DNA of 64,000 nucleotides from a virus: IMG/VR virus record IMGVR_UViG_3300028563_000011, positions 46,592 to 110,591 of that record; one strand, 5' to 3'. Shown piece by piece: positions 57,110 to 64,000 of this stretch (position 1 is its first letter; each line of letters starts with the position of its first letter). The notes under the pieces were generated by a model. It saw only the letters and a program-made list of their open reading frames with translations, ran no database searches and was not told where the DNA came from. The position numbers and the translations under genes were made by a program.

Positions 57110-57175
57110 TGTTCTATACCTTATGTTCGTTTGTTCGTCAACTCAAAAGTTGAGTTTATTTGCTAACATACTCCT

Positions 57176-57850
57176 TCAAACTTCAAGGAAATACGCTTTC
57201 AATAATTCAAAACCACGATAGCCAAGACGCCTCGCGTAGTATTCCCTACTGGTTTCCCTCAACTGATAACGCCCCACAACAACCCGAGGCGTATTACTCA
57301 TGATATATGCTCCAGTCTTATGGAACCACCCCAACTCTGTATAAACACGGGAACGCAAATAAACGCCCGCATCCTTCACATCCTTCACCAAAATCATAAG
57401 GGCTTCTACCACTTCTTGAGGAGCCTGCATCAAAGCAACATGCAAGCTTGTCTCCTCTGGCTGAGGCACCTCAAGATTTGACTTAACTTCATCTTCCTTC
57501 TCTATCGGCAAGGAAGCAAAGTTGGTCTCTGGAACCTTTTCGGTTGCCAACGTACGTAAACGGTTCTCGTAAGCAAACTTGAAATAAGCCATGAAAGTCT
57601 TTTGACGTTCCTTTTCCCAAACCTTGTTTTTACGCTGACGTTGCTCCTCAAGCGTTAGAGCTTTTCCGTGTAATCCTCCTACCCCATTAACATCCCAAGG
57701 CTCAAAACGGAACCCCTTCACACACTTGAAATACACAAGATACCCTTCCTGAATCAAATCATCAAGCTCATACCAAGAACCCATCTTCCAAAGATTATTT
57801 TTTGCCGTCTTGATCATCCAACCTTTCAGACCCTCATCCAGGTATTGCAC
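57176..57850 (-). CDS. Sigma-factor-like protein (region 2-like)
   Basis: YELDDLIQEG..VYFKC...F...FMAYF...N. Confidence 0.5.
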   Translation of the reverse strand: MQYLDEGLKGWMIKTAKNNLWKMGSWYELDDLIQEGYLVYFKCVKGFRFEPWDVNGVGGLHGKALTLEEQRQRKNKVWEKERQKTFMAYFKFAYENRLRTLATEKVPETNFASLPIEKEDEVKSNLEVPQPEETSLHVALMQAPQEVVEALMILVKDVKDAGVYLRSRVYTELGWFHKTGAYIMSNTPRVVVGRYQLRETSREYYARRLGYRGFELLKAYFLEV

Positions 57851-57884
57851 GGGATTTCTCCTATTTTGTGCTTGGCTTTCTCTA

Positions 57885-58934
57885 CTAAACTCCTCTTAAC
57901 CAGGATTGAATTAACGTATTTGCCATATCTTCAGATAGTTCACCGGGGTCTTTAACACCAACGGGTAAAGTACCAAAACAAACAAGGCGTTTTAGCTGAG
58001 GCTGTCTTGATAACGCATCCCAAATACGGAGCCTTGCCATGTCAGCGTCTGGATCAAGTAATAATACAACTGTATCAAAGCAGCTTTCAACTAAATCCTC
58101 TAATAATTGCACCTGAGCATCACTTACGTTCAAGCCAAAAAGGCAAGTGCCATAAACCCCAAACTTATGCCCAAATGCGCTTATGCGCAAGGCGTCGAAG
58201 GGACCCTCGCACAGAACCAAGACGTTGGCGTTTCTTACGCGCCATAGCATTGGCAGACCTAAAAGTAAATTGGATGAGGACTCAACAGCTAAGGGTCCAT
58301 TATAGCCCTCAATCGTCTGTAAAGAAAGCGTTTTATAACGGATTTCCTCCTCTTTTACAATGGTACGGCCAGTCCAAGACAACAAGTTTTGGTTTACGTC
58401 ATAGATAGGTATAATCAACCTATACCTAAATAAACCATTCAAACAATGTCTCAAATTATAATTCAAAGTCAGCCACTCAATTTGAGTGTCAGTATACCCA
58501 CGCTCTTTCAGGTATTCCCAAAATATAGAGCCCAACCCCGTCTTTCGGAGAGGCTTAAATTCAACCGGCATATTTAGAGGCGACTTGGTGATCATGACCC
58601 TATTGTCCACTTCCCCTAAGTTCTTTAACACAAGCCCAGTCAAATCCTCATCCAAAGGCAACGGACTAGCAGTTTCCTCACCAGCCAGCCTCTGAGCCTC
58701 TTCAAAAGAACACAAAAGTAACGCTTGAATGAGTTTAGACCGACTGTTACCCCGGTGTTGAGAGTTACGTAAGCACCCCCAATGGGAGCCTTTTAAGGAG
58801 ATCCCCAAATGCTGGCTGGGGTCGGCCTCTCGACACCAAGGACACTTGATGGATATACGGCCTCGCCCCGTGTTAGGACCGCGAGTCACGTATTCAATGT
58901 TGTGGGAGCTTAGGAAGCGAGGCCAGTCGAACAT
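57885..58934 (-). CDS. DNA primase (Zn finger + TOPRIM)
   Basis: CPWC...H...C, YLKERG, RLIIP, GR, LCEGPFDA and LDPD. Confidence 0.88.
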   Translation of the reverse strand: MFDWPRFLSSHNIEYVTRGPNTGRGRISIKCPWCREADPSQHLGISLKGSHWGCLRNSQHRGNSRSKLIQALLLCSFEEAQRLAGEETASPLPLDEDLTGLVLKNLGEVDNRVMITKSPLNMPVEFKPLRKTGLGSIFWEYLKERGYTDTQIEWLTLNYNLRHCLNGLFRYRLIIPIYDVNQNLLSWTGRTIVKEEEIRYKTLSLQTIEGYNGPLAVESSSNLLLGLPMLWRVRNANVLVLCEGPFDALRISAFGHKFGVYGTCLFGLNVSDAQVQLLEDLVESCFDTVVLLLDPDADMARLRIWDALSRQPQLKRLVCFGTLPVGVKDPGELSEDMANTLIQSWLRGV

Positions 58935-59025
58935 GAAAACCCAAACCGATTAGGAAGGGGTTTTACTTCAATTCTCGAAATTAGTCAAATTCTTTTTGCT
59001 TTTTATAGCAATTTTATAATCACAC

Positions 59026-60588
59026 TCATTTTAATACATCCTCAGGATTGGCACGTAAAGCCTCAAGTAGAGAGGCACCCTCAGAGTGATAGTCTAAAAT
59101 TTTTTGATCAAGGGTACCTTGTACAACAAGATCATACTGAAATACTCGACGAGTTTGACCTGAACGCCTTGCCCGCCGTTCGGCTTGCTCCCGATCAATT
59201 ACACTCACTGGGCTTTCATAAAACATAACGTAATTGGCTACCTGCAAACCATCTAACGAATACGCCCCAATTCGATTATTCAATACAGCAACCTCACAAT
59301 TGGGGTCCTCTTGAAACTTGGCTAGCTCCTGCTTGTAGTTCTTGGTACCTGACCAAATCCAAATACTGGACTGCTTTCTCGCCTTCAAGGCTTCATGTAT
59401 TCTTCTACCAGAAAAAGTAAAGTCATAGAACACCAAAGCTTTACGGCCCCTAGGAAGGTCATCAAGTAACTCCAATAAACGATCCAACTTTGGGTTTTCT
59501 TCAAAAGCAATCTCAGCCCGCTCACCACTTTCTTCATCCCTAAAACCTAGGAACCCCGAAGAAAGTTGACGCATGCGCATAAATGCGTTCTTCATCTCTT
59601 GAAGATTACCCCGAGCCGATATTATACCATCAACAACACGTTTGTAATAAGCTTTGGCTTCTTCCGGTAATCGAATTGTTTCAACCATAGGCACAAGTTT
59701 AGGTAAGTCTCCACACTCACTTTCACCGTAAGAAATTGAGCGATGATGTGCCAACCTCATCAAACTCGGCATTGTTCTCTTATCAAAAGAATAACTCTTT
59801 ATGTGTTCATTGTCTGTCCAAGGATGAGGCTCTTCACTGTAAAATGCAGCACGGAACAACCCAAGAGTTTCCCCCAAGCTCTCCCCACCATCAATAATAA
59901 ATTGCTGAGCCCACAACATCAATGGGTCTCGACCAAAAGGTCGGCCAGCCAACGCGTACCTTATATTGATTGTTTCTTTTAATTCTTCACAAAGCTTATA
60001 GGCCAAACTCCCATGGTGACCTACACAAGTAGACTCATCCATTACAATCGCTTGAACATTATTGGCTAACCGTTGGACTTTATTTGGGTCAATGACCAAC
60101 TTGTTCTTATTTTTCTTCTTTACAACTTCAGTCACCATCCGAGTAACCCCCGGATAAGCAACCAAAATTAAACCATTACCAAAACTTTCTAGAGTACGCC
60201 ACTTACGCTCAGAAGAATCTTCCAAAGTAGTAAAAGGTATACCTATATTGTACTGCTTAATCTGTTTCTCCCAAGTTGGGAAAGCTTTGTCGCTCTTCAC
60301 AAAAATCAAGGCTCGCTTAAGCCTACCTATACCCCACCAATATTTCAATAACTCTAAAGAAACAAGGGTCTTACCTCCACCCATGTCAATATAAAAGGCA
60401 AACTGAGGGTAAGCAATACCCAAATACAAACTTGCCTTCTGGTGGAGCCTTAAATCCTTATACGGTTTCGGGGGTGGGTTTAATTGACTTAAAGCTTTAT
60501 CAAGATGATCGTGAGTAAGCTTTTTGATCCAACGGTGATCATCCCTTGGTTCTTCTAAGTACGCCTCTATTGCAAACTTGGGTATCAT
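59026..60588 (-). CDS. SNF2-like superfamily 2 helicase
   Basis: DMGGGKT, MDES, LRQLSSGF-like segment and QAERRARRSGQ. Confidence 0.85.
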   Translation of the reverse strand: MIPKFAIEAYLEEPRDDHRWIKKLTHDHLDKALSQLNPPPKPYKDLRLHQKASLYLGIAYPQFAFYIDMGGGKTLVSLELLKYWWGIGRLKRALIFVKSDKAFPTWEKQIKQYNIGIPFTTLEDSSERKWRTLESFGNGLILVAYPGVTRMVTEVVKKKNKNKLVIDPNKVQRLANNVQAIVMDESTCVGHHGSLAYKLCEELKETINIRYALAGRPFGRDPLMLWAQQFIIDGGESLGETLGLFRAAFYSEEPHPWTDNEHIKSYSFDKRTMPSLMRLAHHRSISYGESECGDLPKLVPMVETIRLPEEAKAYYKRVVDGIISARGNLQEMKNAFMRMRQLSSGFLGFRDEESGERAEIAFEENPKLDRLLELLDDLPRGRKALVFYDFTFSGRRIHEALKARKQSSIWIWSGTKNYKQELAKFQEDPNCEVAVLNNRIGAYSLDGLQVANYVMFYESPVSVIDREQAERRARRSGQTRRVFQYDLVVQGTLDQKILDYHSEGASLLEALRANPEDVLK

Positions 60589-60769
60589 TAGTCTTTCTTA
60601 ACCAAAGAAGTCAAAAACCGACTCAAAAATATACGAATAGTCCTTTCCACTATATCCACTTCATATGACGACATAGGCTCACCGTAACCATAGGTCTTTT
60701 CCATTTCCTTTTGAATATCTTTTACCCAAAAGTTCAATACAATCTTCAAGCATTATATCTCCTTTATGT

Positions 60770-60843
60770 TGGTTGGCCAGGAGGGAATCGAACCCTCGTC
60801 AAACCGTTATGAGCGGTCGGCTCTACCATTGAGCTACAGGCCA
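60770..60843 (-). tRNA. tRNA with CAT anticodon (likely Ile2; Met not excluded), CCA encoded
   Basis: Reverse complement TGGCCTGTAGCTCAATGGTAGAGCCGACCGCTCATAACGGTTTGACGAGGGTTCGATTCCCTCCTGGCCAACCA. Confidence 0.9.
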
Positions 60844-60846
60844 ATT

Positions 60847-62256
60847 CTACTCTGCCGAAGACTCATTTCCACGCACCAATTCCCAATAACGACTAGATTG
60901 AGGGTGGCTGTATAATACATACTGCCCTACATCGTAGGCTTGGGAAATTGCAATTGTTTGACCAGCCCGTGCATATCGAGCATGAGCAACATGTACCCTT
61001 GCTAAATTATCCCGTTGCTCAGCAACCGTCCTAGAATAAGTTAAGGTATTATCTGCCGTAAAAACCTTGCTAATATCCTCAGAAACATCATTGGAGTTTA
61101 CCATACGTGCATCAATCGTCTGCCTCCCCCCTTGAGTGGGTACAATTAAAGCCATAGAACGCTCCACAGCTAATCCCCTCAAAGCTACATAAGTACGGCC
61201 TAAATCTATACGCTGATTACTAGGACTAATTTTCATCAAATCTGGGTAATCCAAAATAATCATTGTCGGAATAAATTTATGGACTGACTCCAAATAGTCC
61301 AAGTACCCATAAAGTTGGGGAACTGTTAATTGTCCAGTAGGAAATTGCTTAATCACTAAACGTCGGAACCGTAACCCCCATTGTTTGAGTTTTTCCCGAA
61401 GAAGCTTTTTACCCTCATCTGTAGAGAATACTATCTTAGGTTTACGCCCCCGAGTACGAAACCCTTCAATACGATCCAAACTATCTAGTTCAAATTGAAC
61501 AACTTTATAAGAATCATCCGACCAAGATCCATTGAAGAAACGCTGATAGTACCTTGCAACTACATCCTCTTCACCCATCTCCAATGTTATATGTAAGATC
61601 TTAGCTTGATGAAGAATACCTTGTGTGCCCATATGGACACAGAACCAAGTCTTCCCTGAGTTCTTGGGCCCAATATAGAGCAACATTTGCCCTTTGTTTG
61701 CACCAATATTATTGGCATCTAGCTCTTTAATACCAATTGGGTAATCAACCTTTGGCTTGTTCAAAAAGCTAAGGGCTTTAGGATCATTTAGAAAAGTTCC
61801 AGCATCGAGCATATCCTGCCGAGTACTTAAAGCAGTATGAAGAATACGCTCAACTTCTGGTATTAAATCATCCCCACCTTGCTGGTACCTCTCTGAGGCT
61901 TGAAGCAAAGCAGCCTTCAAAGTCTGCTGGCGAATATGGCTTTGAGTCTTACTGGCAATATACTCTGGATTGATACCCTCACTTAAAGTGAGGATCCCAG
62001 ACATAAGACGCCGGAGGCGAGGAGCTCGCTCACCCTTCTCTAAAGCCCAACCAAATAAGTCGTCTAGCTGGGCTTTACCGGGAGGCTTACCGTACTTAGC
62101 CCGGTAAGCGAGTATCCTGGTAGCGACTTCTTGATACGGCCCATCAAAATGCTCAGGTTTGACTTGAGCTGCAACTGCTGACCCATGCTTTACATCAAAC
62201 ATAAGGAGAGCCAAAAGGCTCTCCTGTAAAGATGTTGGGAGCTCTTCCTGAGCCAT
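60847..62256 (-). CDS. Replicative helicase (DnaB-like)
   Basis: GPKNSGKT, ITLEM, ILDYPD, PTQ and SEDISK. Confidence 0.88.
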   Translation of the reverse strand: MAQEELPTSLQESLLALLMFDVKHGSAVAAQVKPEHFDGPYQEVATRILAYRAKYGKPPGKAQLDDLFGWALEKGERAPRLRRLMSGILTLSEGINPEYIASKTQSHIRQQTLKAALLQASERYQQGGDDLIPEVERILHTALSTRQDMLDAGTFLNDPKALSFLNKPKVDYPIGIKELDANNIGANKGQMLLYIGPKNSGKTWFCVHMGTQGILHQAKILHITLEMGEEDVVARYYQRFFNGSWSDDSYKVVQFELDSLDRIEGFRTRGRKPKIVFSTDEGKKLLREKLKQWGLRFRRLVIKQFPTGQLTVPQLYGYLDYLESVHKFIPTMIILDYPDLMKISPSNQRIDLGRTYVALRGLAVERSMALIVPTQGGRQTIDARMVNSNDVSEDISKVFTADNTLTYSRTVAEQRDNLARVHVAHARYARAGQTIAISQAYDVGQYVLYSHPQSSRYWELVRGNESSAE

Positions 62257-62267
62257 ATTCTACCCCA

Positions 62268-62699
62268 CTAGAACCACCAACGAAATCCCCATTTATTTGA
62301 AAACTCTTCGTTAAGCTGATCAAAATCCAACCTAAACTGAGCTTCATGCAAACGTCGCTCATAATCCCGTTGGCGTTGAGTTGCTATCTTAACACACATT
62401 GACCAAGAACGCTTACAAGCAATATCTGAATCAAGGCGATACGGATAACGTGTTTCTTCCCACAAACGACGGCGATGATGCTCCGGGACCCCAAAAGACC
62501 TTAAGAACCAAGATGCTTTCTTACTAGCAACTTTGGCTTCTTCCTCATAACCATCTGATGGGGAACTTATCGACGCTGAAAACCCACCCAACCCATTTGT
62601 TACAACTCCTGCTCCATCTGCAGTTGCTTGATCTAACATACCCTTTGCAGCTAGGGGGGTAGAAGCAAGAAGACCAAAAAATTTACGACGACCAATCAC
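62268..62699 (-). CDS. Hypothetical protein with twin-arginine-like N-terminus
   Basis: MIGRRKFFGLLASTPLAA. Confidence 0.5.
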   Translation of the reverse strand: MIGRRKFFGLLASTPLAAKGMLDQATADGAGVVTNGLGGFSASISSPSDGYEEEAKVASKKASWFLRSFGVPEHHRRRLWEETRYPYRLDSDIACKRSWSMCVKIATQRQRDYERRLHEAQFRLDFDQLNEEFSNKWGFRWWF

Positions 62700-62884
62700 C
62701 CATTTATCCTTTGATAATAATACTAAATCTTCATTTTGAAAAATAGATGGTTAGTGCCCCTTCGAGGACCTCTCAAAAGAAACGCAAAAGCAGGAACCGC
62801 GCGGACTGCTTTCACTAGCACTAACCCGATTTGGTGACTTGCCGTAAGTGCCCTTACGTGCTCCTGTTTTCCAAATCGTTTCCT

Positions 62885-63856
62885 TTACAGGGACGCATAA
62901 CACTCAGGACAATGCGCCGCAGAAACCACTTCTAACTCACGACCCCCCAATTCCTGGAGGCGGTAGCGAGTACGGTCTGTTAGGTTACTACCATTTGCAG
63001 TGCGAGTGATGGCCTGAAGCACTCCATAAGCCGTACCGTCTCCCTCAACAACATGAGCCGCTAAAGCTTCATTCAGCAGTGTTGGGCTAATACGGTTCTG
63101 CTTAAAAATACGACGAATGGCTTGTTCGCCATTCACCTTCATCTCCGTAGCCTTTTTCAGCTGGTCATTGATCTTTGTATTCAATACTTCCTTAGCATCA
63201 CGGACAGCCTTCCCCACATTCGCCAAGAAGCTTTCTACATCATCAAAGCTCAAGACATTGAAGTACTCAGGGAAAGTCATCCCATTCAAGCAACCCAACC
63301 GCTCAGTATACGGTTCCACGGTAGGCCGCTTAAACATAAACTCCGAGTATCGACAACGGATACCTCCATTTGTGATATCTCTAAGCTTAGGCTGAAGCTC
63401 AATAGACTCACTCACAACATCCACGTCAAAGAACATACCATAATCCCGGTAAGTAACCGTCTTAATCTCTGGTAGTTCTTCAAACACCTTCTCGAAAACC
63501 GGCAGAGCCGACTGATTAACGGCTTCCTTAGGCTTTGCCGTAAGGATCTTATCCTTATTCAAAACCAATTGCTTCTTTTCTGCAACGTCGCTTTCTTTGA
63601 ACATACGTTGAACAATAGTATTGCTCAAATCAATAGGAGCTCGACGCAAAAATCCAGCCGGAGCCTTAAACAAGTCTCTACAGATAAGATCAAAAGTATT
63701 CCCCTCCGCAAAAATTTCATCGTTGATGCGGAGACGCCGATGGCCCGTAAAGTCTTGCGGAGGGATAACCTCAACTTTCTTTAGGTCAACCGTCCGCAAG
63801 GACGTTTCACGGTCTTCCAGGACTTCCATAAACTCATCACGTAACATTGCACACAT
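62885..63856 (-). CDS. DUF932-like protein
   Basis: RLGCLNGM motif and T.YG...AIT..A C-terminal pattern. Confidence 0.6.
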   Translation of the reverse strand: MCAMLRDEFMEVLEDRETSLRTVDLKKVEVIPPQDFTGHRRLRINDEIFAEGNTFDLICRDLFKAPAGFLRRAPIDLSNTIVQRMFKESDVAEKKQLVLNKDKILTAKPKEAVNQSALPVFEKVFEELPEIKTVTYRDYGMFFDVDVVSESIELQPKLRDITNGGIRCRYSEFMFKRPTVEPYTERLGCLNGMTFPEYFNVLSFDDVESFLANVGKAVRDAKEVLNTKINDQLKKATEMKVNGEQAIRRIFKQNRISPTLLNEALAAHVVEGDGTAYGVLQAITRTANGSNLTDRTRYRLQELGGRELEVVSAAHCPECYASL

Positions 63857-63892
63857 TCCTTCTGTTTTGGGTTTTAGGGGGGGGGGGGAGGT

Positions 63893-64000
63893 TTATACTG
63901 GGTATAAACCAATCAATTCCCCATCTTCACCTACCTGTCCACTTAGAAAGTGCTTCCCTTCAGCACAATCAATATAAAGTGATTGAAACCGATCTTTGAA
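63893..64000 (-). CDS. 3' end of a hypothetical gene (truncated by window)
   Basis: Open frame FKDRFQSLYIDCAEGKHFLSGQVGEDGELIGLYPV*. Confidence 0.5.
   Translation of the reverse strand, partial: FKDRFQSLYIDCAEGKHFLSGQVGEDGELIGLYPV

Noticed and set aside
767-63977. All + strand ORFs in the track and short alternative-frame minus ORFs nested in larger genes
   Set aside because: They overlap well-supported minus-strand genes, lack recognisable motifs, and look like antisense or frame shadows.
1-64000. Alternative genetic code or integrated prophage boundaries
   Set aside because: Long genes translate intact with the standard code, and TAA, TAG and TGA all act as stops. No integrase, att site or host gene block is visible.

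Overview
This 64-kb window is a segment of a large tailed dsDNA phage (Caudoviricetes). Essentially all genes are on the minus strand and tightly packed; the + strand ORFs look like antisense shadows. An alphaproteobacterial host is inferred from DUF3309, GcrA-like and NrdJ genes. Reading in transcription direction (64000 to 1): (i) replication genes (DnaB-like helicase, SNF2 helicase, primase, sigma-like factor); (ii) a thymidine hypermodification cluster (FAD oxidoreductase, amidoligase, radical SAM, amino acid:DNA transferase, 5hmdU kinase parts, HD hydrolase, dUMP hydroxymethylase); (iii) clamp, UDG-PolA fusion, clamp loader, UvsY/SSB/RecA, an RfaH/NusG paralog and intein-containing NrdJ; (iv) packaging and head genes (TerS, TerL, GIY-YIG endonuclease, portal, adaptor, MuF, protease, scaffold, decoration, major capsid), interrupted by an island of about 7 glycosyltransferase-like and 2 methyltransferase genes. 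There are three tRNAs. The strongest candidate for an undescribed system is a modular virion-cargo architecture. Fourteen copies of a peptide tag (NPxHDxxGRF or PRDxxGKW/RF, mostly just after a hydrophobic-x-Lys site) occur in 7 ORFs including the portal, and introduce diverse cargo domains such as ART-like, zeta-toxin-like and hydrophobic helical modules. The protease itself is fused to an Acb1-like phosphodiesterase. Other highlights are a two-copy covarying structured RNA near terS, an unusual hypermodification enzyme set, and a duplicated portal N-terminus flanking the homing endonuclease. All family assignments come from motif recognition by eye; no searches were run.
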